Shown: in pieces, positions 10,816 to 19,825 of the stretch
How the letters are laid out: each line of letters starts with the position of its first letter
How positions within the stretch are numbered: the first letter of the stretch is position 1
IMG/VR virus record: IMGVR_UViG_3300028920_000031
Strand: one strand, 5' to 3'
Length of the DNA stretch: 64,000 nt
Source: an uncultured virus (IMG/VR IMGVR_UViG_3300028920_000031)
Lineage: Duplodnaviria; Heunggongvirae; Uroviricota; Caudoviricetes
Made by a program: the position numbers and the translations under genes
The notes under the pieces: generated by a model
Told to the model about the DNA's origin: nothing
Databases searched by the model: none
What the model saw: only the letters and a program-made list of their open reading frames with translations

Positions 10816-10954
10816 ACCGCACTCCTTCACAGGGGATGATTAACTAGGAAAATTATACAACATCAACAACTCCATCTCGATCTAGGGCGGGCCAATTGAA
10901 CTGAAACCGCAAAAAAAGCACTAGAAAATCTACAGCTTCAAGGGCGGAAGAACA

Positions 10955-12919
10955 TCAGGGACAATCCGATTTCGTTATGCCGGTGATCGTTGCCTGGCAG
11001 GTACAGGGAGCGCTGCATGTCCAGTCGGACGGATCGTCCGGCGGACAGTCGTCGACGTTCGGAGCGGTAAACTCGATGAGGCATCCATAGTAGAACATGG
11101 AGTAGAACTGCATGATCCAGATCCCGTCCTCGCAATGCATGTCGCTCTCTCCGCCGGAGATGTCCCAGCTACACGTGTCTCCGTCCCTGTAAAATCCCCA
11201 GGTGCCGTCCCACCCGCCGCATTTAATGTCGTTGCCCTCGAATTCGTCGCAAACCGTGTCGGGATTGGTGACGTTAATCGTGACAGTGTACGTTGCGCAG
11301 CAGCCGGAACAGTCGTCGGGGCACGACGGCACACCCGCCGAAGCACTAGAACTACTGCTGGAACTAGACGAACACGACGAACTGCTGGAACTGCTGGAAC
11401 TGCTGGAACTGCTGGAGCTGGAGCTGGAGCTGGAGCTGCTACTGGAACTGCTGGAACTGCTGGAACTGCTGGAGCTGGAACTGCTGGAACTGCTGGAACT
11501 GCTGGAACTGCTGGAACTGCTGGAACTGCTGGAACTGCTGGAACTGCTGGAGCTACTACTGGAACTGCTGGAACTGGACGAGCTAACCAATACCTTCATC
11601 CAATCATACGACGTCAAATAGCCATCGTAGCCTACTAAACGCAGATTTTCTTCAATAACACCAACGGGGTCGGTATCATAAGTAAACCGCACCCTAGTCT
11701 CAAGCGCGGAATCGTCTACAAATTCAGCATTGTCGCCCCCTTGCCATTGAGTGCTCAGCGTAGACTGGGAAATAAGTCCGTCATCCGTGCACTCGCCACT
11801 AAGATCTGCTTCGGCATAACCGCCTTCGCCATTGCCGCAGGAATGAAACACCGCTTTCGAAGACAATGCCATGAAACTGGCCGCAAGCGGACCCGGAGGC
11901 GCTCCGCCCTGCCAAGGCACGGTCTGGTCGGGACCTGCATTGACCACAGGGGCCTGATTGTTGTCTATATTGATGGAGGGTACTTGCCAGACCCCGCACT
12001 TGTTGCCGTCTTTCTCGTCGAATTCGACGCCGCAGCCCGACATTTTCACCCACCATCTTGTAACAGTCTTGGAACCAGAACATCGCGGTTCCAGATAAAC
12101 AATCAGGGGGAAGTGCGACGCCTGAACCGTAACGGTCACTTCATGCGGACCCCCGTAAACGATTTCAGTCCCCAGACATCCGCTGTCATACAGCAATTCT
12201 CCAGAAATGGAAACGCCGCAAGCATCGCTATTGAAATAATCAGGCTCGTCAGTTTGACCAAGAACAATCAGCCTGTCCTTCACCCAGAATGTCTGATATG
12301 TCAATTGCAGGTCGCAAGTGACACAATAGGATGGAATCGAAGGAGGAATGGGCTCTCCCCAAGCCGGAAGCTCTTCGGGACACGGCGGAGTCCATGAGCT
12401 GTTGCTGCTCATGCTGACAGAGCTCGAGCTACTATTCGACCTAGACGAGCTGCTGGAACACGAAGAGCTGGAACACGAAGATATGGAACTGGAACTGGAA
12501 CACGAGCTACTAGAACAGCTTGACGACGATCTCGCGGCTACGCCCCGAAAATCCAGTTCTCGCACCACAACGCCTGACGTTTCCCTAAGCCCGGAAACTG
12601 CAACGTCCTGCCGGTCGCCAGCTTGAGGATTTTTGAAATCGTCATTGCCGTCAACCCTGACATGCTGAGTAATTCCCGCCAGCGGATCACGTTCCCCAAG
12701 CTCAAAAGGGCTGTCTGAAATGACATTCGCCGCCGCGGCATTCTCGCCAGGAAGACGAATCGTGCCGCTCCAGTCATCGATCTCCATATACCAAGACAGC
12801 GAAGAAGACGAGGACGGCGACGAGGAGCCACTGCCCGAGCTTGACGAACTCGACGGCCCGTCTTGCGGCCAAAAAAAGTCGTTCGACGACACACTCATAA
12901 ATGTAGGGGCGTCCGGCAT
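10955..12919 (-). CDS. Ser-rich/Cys-rich protein with PKD-like segment (putative structural protein)
   Basis: 654 aa; three Ser tracts; NNQAPVVNAGPDQTV PKD-like start; Cys-rich C-terminal domain. Confidence 0.8.
   Translation of the reverse strand: MPDAPTFMSVSSNDFFWPQDGPSSSSSSGSGSSSPSSSSSLSWYMEIDDWSGTIRLPGENAAAANVISDSPFELGERDPLAGITQHVRVDGNDDFKNPQAGDRQDVAVSGLRETSGVVVRELDFRGVAARSSSSCSSSSCSSSSSISSCSSSSCSSSSSRSNSSSSSVSMSSNSSWTPPCPEELPAWGEPIPPSIPSYCVTCDLQLTYQTFWVKDRLIVLGQTDEPDYFNSDACGVSISGELLYDSGCLGTEIVYGGPHEVTVTVQASHFPLIVYLEPRCSGSKTVTRWWVKMSGCGVEFDEKDGNKCGVWQVPSINIDNNQAPVVNAGPDQTVPWQGGAPPGPLAASFMALSSKAVFHSCGNGEGGYAEADLSGECTDDGLISQSTLSTQWQGGDNAEFVDDSALETRVRFTYDTDPVGVIEENLRLVGYDGYLTSYDWMKVLVSSSSSSSSSSSSSSSSSSSSSSSSSSSSSSSSSSSSSSSSSSSSSSSSSSSSSSSSSSSSSSSSSSSSSSCSSSSSSSSSASAGVPSCPDDCSGCCATYTVTINVTNPDTVCDEFEGNDIKCGGWDGTWGFYRDGDTCSWDISGGESDMHCEDGIWIMQFYSMFYYGCLIEFTAPNVDDCPPDDPSDWTCSAPCTCQATITGITKSDCP
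11350..11585. repeat. Tandem 9-bp (GGAACTGCT)n and 6-bp (GGAGCT)n repeats encoding about 70 consecutive Ser
   Basis: Directly visible. Confidence 0.95.
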
Positions 12920-12957
12920 GGTTCCTTCGGAGGCAGCATGAACAGACGGAGCGACAA

Positions 12958-13962
12958 CTATTTGGACGTCTTCTTGCGGGACTTCTTCTTTTTGTCTTTC
13001 GTCCGCTTCGGAGCGTTCCTCTTAGCGTTTTCCTCGAGGTATTCGAGAATGGCCTGCCCTTCAGTCTTTCCGCTCTGCCGCTTGTCCTTGATCTCGTCCC
13101 AGTACTCAGTCATCATCAGCTGGCCCCCGGGAGAATATCCTTGGGCTTCCCTGACCATTTCTGCAAAAGGCATTCCGAGAACGGTACGGGGAGCGTAAGC
13201 CGCCGCCGCCAGCTCCGGTTCGGATGGACCGACAGGAGCCGGCACTGGGACGGCGATGCGGCGCCCGGCGTTCTCCCCTCGGGTTTCCACCAAATCAAAA
13301 TCAAGAATGTTGTCGATAATGAAATTTCTGTATTCGCCGTCACTGTGGCGACACGGTCCGCAAACCAAGTCTCCCGCAGAAGCGCCAGGCTTGACAATAT
13401 ATTCGCCTAGAGGCTCGAGAATGTAGGAATTGACATTGTTCTCGGGAAATTCGTAGTCGAACACGATAGCGAGCTTGTGGGCGTTGGCAAAGGGCACCGC
13501 GTCCTTGAAAGAGAGGTTGACCACCAAGTCCTGCGGAGGCTTTCTTTCTTCGGCGGAAGGCTCTTCGGGCTGGGGCGTCTCGGGAACCGCTTCCGCGGGC
13601 TCGGGAATTGCGGGCTCTGCGTCGTCGGGAGCCCACGCAGCAGTCAGCACCGACCCGGGCGCGACCCCGTGCTCGGCGAACCATCCCGCGTTCGCCTCCA
13701 AGGCATATCTACAGGCGAAACTTGCAGCAGTCGACCGCGTAGACATCGGAGCCATTTCATGAATCTCGCGTACAACCATGTCGTCGTCAATGAAGGCTAT
13801 GTCGAGAGGGACTTTGGTGTCCTTCATCCAGAAGGACAGCCGAAAAGGGGAGCTGAAAGCAAAGAGCATGCCGCCATTTTTCGGCACGCGCTCGCGATAC
13901 ATCAGCCCCATTTCTCGTGCGGCAGGAGTGTCAGCCACTTCGGCATAGATTACCGGACTCAC
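12958..13962 (-). CDS. DUF192-like domain fused to a WYL-like domain
   Basis: AEVADTPAAREMGLMYR...GMLF...FWMKDTKVPLDIAFID...ALEANAGWF (DUF192); IVFDY...YILEP...LVCGPC...YRNFIIDNI (WYL-like). Confidence 0.7.
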   Translation of the reverse strand: MSPVIYAEVADTPAAREMGLMYRERVPKNGGMLFAFSSPFRLSFWMKDTKVPLDIAFIDDDMVVREIHEMAPMSTRSTAASFACRYALEANAGWFAEHGVAPGSVLTAAWAPDDAEPAIPEPAEAVPETPQPEEPSAEERKPPQDLVVNLSFKDAVPFANAHKLAIVFDYEFPENNVNSYILEPLGEYIVKPGASAGDLVCGPCRHSDGEYRNFIIDNILDFDLVETRGENAGRRIAVPVPAPVGPSEPELAAAAYAPRTVLGMPFAEMVREAQGYSPGGQLMMTEYWDEIKDKRQSGKTEGQAILEYLEENAKRNAPKRTKDKKKKSRKKTSK

Positions 13963-14423
13963 TGCTTTTTCTCCAGTGCGAGCCTGATCTGGCCCCTTTT
14001 GGCATTGTCGGCCAAGATTTCCTCGTACGGCTTGTGCACGCGGTTCGAGACGAAGGCGTTTTCCTCGTTGAGCACAATGTTTTTGATGACTTCACGGCCG
14101 CGAGCAGTCACCTTGACCACCTCGGTGTCGTCGCCCGCGACAAAGCCCAACGCCTTCAACCTCAGAAGATCGCGATTGTCGAAGTCTTCGGGCACCTTGA
14201 CGGCGGCGTCTTGCGAGGATTCGACGGCTGACGAATTTTTCCAAAAACTGAACATCAGGCTCGCGTCGCTGCTGCTTATCTTCTGGGAAGGTGCAGACTG
14301 ATTGCGTTGCACGATCCCCTGAAGCAATTCATAATTGATCCCGACATAGTCGGGGTCTCCCTGCGGAGGACCTTTTTTGTCGCCGTCCGAAGGGACGTTG
14401 ACCGGCATTATCGGAACAGGCAT
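13959..14423 (-). CDS. Hypothetical protein (possible winged-helix segment)
   Basis: 154-aa ORF in operon; LLRLKALGFV...VKVTARGREV. Confidence 0.6.
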   Translation of the reverse strand: MPVPIMPVNVPSDGDKKGPPQGDPDYVGINYELLQGIVQRNQSAPSQKISSSDASLMFSFWKNSSAVESSQDAAVKVPEDFDNRDLLRLKALGFVAGDDTEVVKVTARGREVIKNIVLNEENAFVSNRVHKPYEEILADNAKRGQIRLALEKKQ

Positions 14424-14434
14424 GACATACCTCT

Positions 14435-16807
14435 CTATTCTTCAAACAGTTCGGGATTTTCCCGCTCGGCTTTCTTCCTGATCTCTTTCAGTTTTTCAAG
14501 GCCGAATTCCTTCAGCATGAAATCTCCGTCGTCATACTTCGCCACCTTGTCATATTCATACGCGAGCCTGACTTCAGAGACTCTTTCGTCGAAAATGCAG
14601 GAGGCATGTCGTTTCATTGCCTCGTAAAGCATTTCGTCGATTTCCCAGCCTCTCAAGTTCATCACGATGGCTCTCGTTACAACTAGCGGGTTGGCGGGAA
14701 GAACAACGTCGGGATCGAAAAAGGTCCTGAGAAGCTTTGACCTGATATCCGGAATGCCGCGACCAGTAACGTCGTAGATCTTGTTTTCCAAGAAATCGTA
14801 AAGAAGGCCGTTGACGGTAAAATCTCTGGCATAGACGTCAAAATTCAGGGCGGTGGTGGGAATGCCGGCTTCTCGCATTAGCGGGCGCACATCATAAGGC
14901 ACGAAATTGCCCCTGAAATCCATTTTGATGCCAAGATGCGAAAAGCTCAGGGTCATCGTGCGGTGGAAAATCGCCACATCGTCGGCATTCACTTCGCTGG
15001 CCAGAAGGCCGCCAAGCTTGAGGCAGTCGGTCGGATGCGGAGACGTCATGTCGAGGTCGTTAACCTCCAGAAAGTCCTGCGTGCCGGCAAGCATGCGCGG
15101 AAAGCCGCCGACGGCATAGACCTCGGCAATGCCATGTTCCTCCGCCACGATCCTAGCCCTTCTGAAAATGGAATTGATACGGTCGCGAATTTCGTCCGCA
15201 GTGCCCATGAACTCGTTCACGGCCTCGAGATCGACACCTGCAGTAATGGACTTTTCCAGCCATGCGATTTTCTTGTCGGACACGTCCGGATCTCTGATCC
15301 AGACGGAACATTCGTCGCCATGGTCGAAAATCTGCACCCCCATGTCGGCCGTCGCGCGCTCGATCATCGGAAGAAGCTCTTTCGAGCATACAAACCGCAC
15401 GGCGTTGCGACGGCCATCGCGCACAAGTTCCTTGTAATAGCCTATGGACCTCAGAAGCGACAGCACGTCGTTTTTTGCCTCGTCGGTGCTGGACGCCGCC
15501 ATCTTTTGCCACGGACTCGTAAATCCGTCCTCCCTAAACAGCTCATTCCATCCGGCCGCCCAGTTATTGCAGTAGTTAACATACCTGTATCTTTCGTCAT
15601 ATTGATAGGTCAGCCTTCCGAACCGGTCGCGATCCCAATGGACATTCTGCGGATTGTACCGCATATGCCAGTACGGCTGTTCGCCCTCCTTGTAATCGAT
15701 GCGGTCCTGAATGTCCCTGCCGTCGAACACCCTCGGAAGCAATTCGTCGATGGAAAAGGGGCTTGATATGAACGGACCGCCAACATTGCTGTTGATGCCC
15801 GCGCTTTTTTCCAGCGGCAAAATAATCGGATGAGGACGTTCTTCGTCCAGAAGGTCCTCCATGATCATTCGCGGCGTCAGCGGATCTCCCCGGTCCTTGC
15901 CGAGTTGCCGTTCCAGTATAAAGTCGGCGGGCACCGGGCAATGCCTGTTTTTCTCGAGAAGCGTCTCCAAGCTGTCGTTCGGCTCTCCCTCGACAGGAAA
16001 GTGTTTTTCGTCCTCCCAATAGTTCAATCGCAGGAACGCTTCAGGAAGGACGTACTCCTGATAGGCCACCTGAGCCTGCTTCACGAATTCTCTAAACGAT
16101 CTTGCCTTGTAGATTTCCTCGCCCATTTCCAGCGAAACCCTGCCTTGTGCGGCACGAGCGCTGTTTATCTGCGGCAGAACTTCAGCAGTCCAGGCTCGCT
16201 GCGCCTCTACAGGACCCGCCTCTCCTTCCTCGCCCAACGCATGTACGGTTTCATGTACGATCGTCGAACCCAGATGCAATGCAATCAGGGCGTCCAAGTC
16301 GCTCTGGTCGGCGGGCGTCACTTCCTGTCCCGCGGCCTGCACTTCGGCTATTTGTCTTTTCAGGTCTTCGAAGTTCCTGCGGGAAACGTCAAGAATGTTC
16401 GATGCGTTGATGCCAATGACCATGCCGCCCTTCATGTCTAGATCCCGATACATTTCCTTCATCTGCCCCGCCACTTCTTCAGGCGTGGCTCCCGACTTCC
16501 AGGCATAGAGACTGCCTTCTTTGATGTCTGTCTCGTAGCCCATGTCCCGCAATTTTTTCTGCACCACCTTGACCTTGACGGAACGGTCTATGTTGGGATC
16601 GAAAATGCCGAAGGCCCCAGATTCCGACGAATTGTAGATATAGGCGATATTGGTCAGATTTTTACCGAAGGACGACCCCCTGACCATGTCCAATGCCTGG
16701 CCCGCCTGCGAAAGAACGCCTTCGATTTCCCCCGTCGATACGCCCGGAGCTCCGACATACTGCTCCACCGCCGGAACTATGGACTCTATAGCTGCATCAT
16801 CGGACAT
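14435..16807 (-). CDS. HExxH domain fused to class II (CCA/poly(A) polymerase-like) nucleotidyltransferase
   Basis: IVHETVHALG; VYAVGGFPR...DLD, ARDFTVNGLLYD, IYDVTGRGIPDIRSKLLRT. Confidence 0.8.
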   Translation of the reverse strand: MSDDAAIESIVPAVEQYVGAPGVSTGEIEGVLSQAGQALDMVRGSSFGKNLTNIAYIYNSSESGAFGIFDPNIDRSVKVKVVQKKLRDMGYETDIKEGSLYAWKSGATPEEVAGQMKEMYRDLDMKGGMVIGINASNILDVSRRNFEDLKRQIAEVQAAGQEVTPADQSDLDALIALHLGSTIVHETVHALGEEGEAGPVEAQRAWTAEVLPQINSARAAQGRVSLEMGEEIYKARSFREFVKQAQVAYQEYVLPEAFLRLNYWEDEKHFPVEGEPNDSLETLLEKNRHCPVPADFILERQLGKDRGDPLTPRMIMEDLLDEERPHPIILPLEKSAGINSNVGGPFISSPFSIDELLPRVFDGRDIQDRIDYKEGEQPYWHMRYNPQNVHWDRDRFGRLTYQYDERYRYVNYCNNWAAGWNELFREDGFTSPWQKMAASSTDEAKNDVLSLLRSIGYYKELVRDGRRNAVRFVCSKELLPMIERATADMGVQIFDHGDECSVWIRDPDVSDKKIAWLEKSITAGVDLEAVNEFMGTADEIRDRINSIFRRARIVAEEHGIAEVYAVGGFPRMLAGTQDFLEVNDLDMTSPHPTDCLKLGGLLASEVNADDVAIFHRTMTLSFSHLGIKMDFRGNFVPYDVRPLMREAGIPTTALNFDVYARDFTVNGLLYDFLENKIYDVTGRGIPDIRSKLLRTFFDPDVVLPANPLVVTRAIVMNLRGWEIDEMLYEAMKRHASCIFDERVSEVRLAYEYDKVAKYDDGDFMLKEFGLEKLKEIRKKAERENPELFEE

Positions 16808-16816
16808 GTTCTGCCT

Positions 16817-17386
16817 CTATTGCTGGCTCTGTCTCTGCCTCTGCGGAGCCTGAGGCGCCGGCTGTTGCGGAGCTGGTGCAACAGGAGCCTGTTCAGGCGG
16901 AGCCTGTATGCCCGGTCCGTATTCGCCAGGAGCTGTCGCCGGACCGGTCATTTGGGGAGCCTCGGCAGTCTCGCCGAAATCCTCGGCAGACTCCTCAAGC
17001 GCCCTCATCAGCGAATCTGGCAACTCAGGCTCTTCTTCTTCCTCGAGAACCTTGTCTTCCATAACGGGAAAATTGCTGGCCTGACTCGTGACCCGAATAT
17101 CGCCCACTTTGACGTCGGAACCTGGACTGGCCGCGCGAACAATCGCAACCGCCTCCTCGACCAATATGGCCAAGTCCTCTTCGTCCATGTGCATTGGCTC
17201 TTCGTCGGCTCCTCCTGGTATGACAATGGTAATATTGACACCGTCAGGGCCGGGGTCTATCCTCATGTCATAGCCGGCGTATATGTCGATATCGATCATA
17301 TCGCCTTCTGCGGCATGCACCTTCAATTTGTCAAGTGCCTTTCTCGGAACAAGTTCTCCCGAGCCAGTTACGCTGAATATCCTCAC
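16817..17386 (-). CDS. Hypothetical acidic, Pro/Gln-rich protein
   Basis: GAGGTG RBS, GTG start, tight packing. Confidence 0.65.
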   Translation of the reverse strand: MRIFSVTGSGELVPRKALDKLKVHAAEGDMIDIDIYAGYDMRIDPGPDGVNITIVIPGGADEEPMHMDEEDLAILVEEAVAIVRAASPGSDVKVGDIRVTSQASNFPVMEDKVLEEEEEPELPDSLMRALEESAEDFGETAEAPQMTGPATAPGEYGPGIQAPPEQAPVAPAPQQPAPQAPQRQRQSQQ

Positions 17387-17404
17387 TGTGTCACCTCTTG
17401 ACTG

Positions 17405-18412
17405 CTACTTGAAATATGCTGGAAATCTTTTAGCCGCATAATCCATGGGAATGGCGGCATTCAGCCCGTAATTGCCAACCGACTGCACTATGATGGCGGC
17501 AATACCCAAGGCTCGCCCGTCCGCAACGTCAACAATCGGACCTCCGGAACTACCCGGATACACTGAAAGGTCGACAAAGAAATACGAAATGCCATCCTCG
17601 AGATTCCTGCCCGTCGAAGAAACGATGCCTCTCGAAAGATTATTGTCATATCCGTAGGGACTTCCCACGCATATGACTTCCGCTCCTGGAGATGTCCCGA
17701 CTATGGATTTGCTTTCAAGCACGGTGTGCCTGACGAGATCGCACGAAACCACAGCAAGATCGAGATCGTAGTCCACATCAAGCGGCACCGCGCGAAATCT
17801 CTTGTTGTCTTCCACAAGAAAGACCTCTACAAATTCAGGATCTTCGCGTCGTTTGCTGATAGCGTGGGCACATGTCAGAAACGTGTTACGAGCCACGGCA
17901 AAACACGATCCCACTTCTCTTTTGCCGTACTTTGCGGAATCGGACTCGATTTTGAAGCACGCCGGAATAACGTTGGCAGCCAGCGGCACTATGTCGCCAG
18001 AAGCCTGAGCTGTTTTGATGCCATTTTCCGATATGGCATGCCGAACTCTGCGATAGATATACTTGTATCGACCCTGCCATTCCAGAAGCACCATTTCATA
18101 GCTTCTGTCCTTGAACACGTGCTCTTTGCCGTCCTCGTCGACAACAACCGTCTCGGCATTATAGGGCACGCTGGTGTCGGGGTCGTCCCACTCCCCGTCG
18201 AAAACAGTTCCGACAGCGTGCGAAAGACCGTCGGGATCGGGTTCGATGAATTTGTGATCGCCGCCGGCGTTTTGGTCAAAGGTCCGTCTTTCCTTGTCTT
18301 GCGGCGCGCCGCCCATCCAAGGCATGTTGTTGCGCGTCCGCTCCGTAGGCGGTGAAAGCCCGCCCGCAAACGGCATCGTGGTTCTATAGGCCTTTTTGAT
18401 CGCTGTTGCCAT
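17405..18412 (-). CDS. Trypsin-like (S1/HtrA-type) serine protease with N-terminal extension, no PDZ
   Basis: Catalytic triad motifs TCAHA, DLAVV, PGSSGGPI; VGSPYG...SRGIVS. Confidence 0.88.
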   Translation of the reverse strand: MATAIKKAYRTTMPFAGGLSPPTERTRNNMPWMGGAPQDKERRTFDQNAGGDHKFIEPDPDGLSHAVGTVFDGEWDDPDTSVPYNAETVVVDEDGKEHVFKDRSYEMVLLEWQGRYKYIYRRVRHAISENGIKTAQASGDIVPLAANVIPACFKIESDSAKYGKREVGSCFAVARNTFLTCAHAISKRREDPEFVEVFLVEDNKRFRAVPLDVDYDLDLAVVSCDLVRHTVLESKSIVGTSPGAEVICVGSPYGYDNNLSRGIVSSTGRNLEDGISYFFVDLSVYPGSSGGPIVDVADGRALGIAAIIVQSVGNYGLNAAIPMDYAAKRFPAYFK

Positions 18413-19074
18413 CAGAATGTCTGTCGCGGATTGTTCGGCGGGAAAGTATCGGTCTTTGTGTTGTCCGAGTCGATCTTCTCGATGAACTGATCGCCCAATT
18501 CCTCGCGATCGACCTTGTTCGTGTCCACAATTTCAATTCCGTCAATTGTCTCGCTTTCGGGCTCGTCAGCGGTCGTGTCGACGATTTCGATTCCGTCGAT
18601 ATACTGTTTTTTCTTCTGTTCAGGCTCCCCCTCGAATGCTACAGCCTCGCCATCAGGCAGTGCCGCCTCCTTATTGCCCAGCCTGTCCTTGAGATGAGCA
18701 GGAGTGCCAAAGTCGGCCGGTTTAGCTTCTTGAGGTCCGTTTGGGGTGGCCGTTATTGCTGGTCTAGATGCCTGTTCCGCCATCTCATTGGTGAATTCGC
18801 TAATGCGATAGGGAGGCTCTTCAGGCGCTGGCTCTTCTACAGAAGCCTTCGCTGTCTCGCCCTCCTGAATGTCGGACTTTGCAGGAGCTTCGGCAGGTTG
18901 TTCGGACACCTCTTCGACGATGACATACCCCATCGATTCGATAGTCCTGAGATCGGGGTCGGCCTCGTACTGAGAGCGGGAGATGGTTACCGACCCGTGG
19001 GGCGGAACATTTTTCTCAATCGAATTGATGAAAACATGGCTGCCCAGCTTGTTTACGATGCGAACTACGGACAT
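18412..19074 (-). CDS. Hypothetical acidic protein
   Basis: Likely start MSVVRIV with GAGGTG RBS; internal repeat IDGIEIVDT x2. Confidence 0.6.
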   Translation of the reverse strand: MSVVRIVNKLGSHVFINSIEKNVPPHGSVTISRSQYEADPDLRTIESMGYVIVEEVSEQPAEAPAKSDIQEGETAKASVEEPAPEEPPYRISEFTNEMAEQASRPAITATPNGPQEAKPADFGTPAHLKDRLGNKEAALPDGEAVAFEGEPEQKKKQYIDGIEIVDTTADEPESETIDGIEIVDTNKVDREELGDQFIEKIDSDNTKTDTFPPNNPRQTF

Positions 19075-19093
19075 TGCTGCACCTCTTGGTTGC

Positions 19094-19477
19094 CTATTCC
19101 TCGTTGGCGGGTTCCAGCTTCTCGTCCTCCATGGCCGGCTTTGTGGCAAGCCTCTTCTTTTCAAGCGGGGGCACCTCGCTTCCATCCAGGGGGTCATCCC
19201 TGAACTTTCCGCCGAATTCCGGCTTTGTGGTGTCAATCCGCTTCTCGGTCACCGCCTCGCGAGTTCCGTCCCTGACTTCGTCAAGCTGTTCCTCGGTAAC
19301 GGTATTGGGGGCTTTTCCGGTCCTCTGGACCTCAAGAAGCTTTTCCTCTGTCTTGTTCACGCTCTTCGAATACGAATCCCAGTTGTCGCGCAGCATCATT
19401 TCGGTATGCCGCTCCCAGTCTTCGCGCTTTTTCCGAGCGAGAACCTCTCTGTGATTATACGCCATGACGTCCTCCAT
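19094..19477 (-). CDS. Hypothetical protein
   Basis: 127-aa ORF; VTEEQL/VTEKRI short repeats. Confidence 0.6.
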   Translation of the reverse strand: MEDVMAYNHREVLARKKREDWERHTEMMLRDNWDSYSKSVNKTEEKLLEVQRTGKAPNTVTEEQLDEVRDGTREAVTEKRIDTTKPEFGGKFRDDPLDGSEVPPLEKKRLATKPAMEDEKLEPANEE

Positions 19478-19504
19478 GGAATGAGCTGTCCATATTTTGT
19501 GCTT

Positions 19505-19795
19505 TTGACATCCTACCGCGACCGAAGCCGCGGAATTCCAGCATCATAGGCGGCAACGCACCACAAGTGCGTCTGATACCGCCTCCTCTGCAGGTTCATG
19601 CCCGAACCTGTTGAAATCGGCATTGCCAATTTCGAAAATGTTTGTTGCCGCATTTAGATCACGGCCCAAAACCGTGTCGTGATGCGGGAACTTCCAGTTC
19701 CTGTTCTGAAGTTCCAGTTGTATAATACAACAAAACGAGCCTTAAAACCTTGACTTGACCTCCTCCTCGCGGCTGAAGCCAGGAGCTTTCTGGCA
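19505..19795 (-). mobile_element. Non-autonomous IS200/IS605 remnant (left-end hairpin, TnpB C-terminal fragment, omegaRNA-like right end)
   Basis: On the minus strand: hairpin CTCCTGGCTTCAGCCGCGAGGAG, then RNWKFPHHDTVLGRDLNAATNIFEIG (TnpB DRDxNAAxNI-like), then GGAATTCCGCGGCTTCGGTCGCGGTAGGATGTCAA (IS605 right end, TCAA). Confidence 0.8.
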
Positions 19796-19825
19796 AATGG
19801 GATTGCAAACCGAGCTTTTTCTCTC

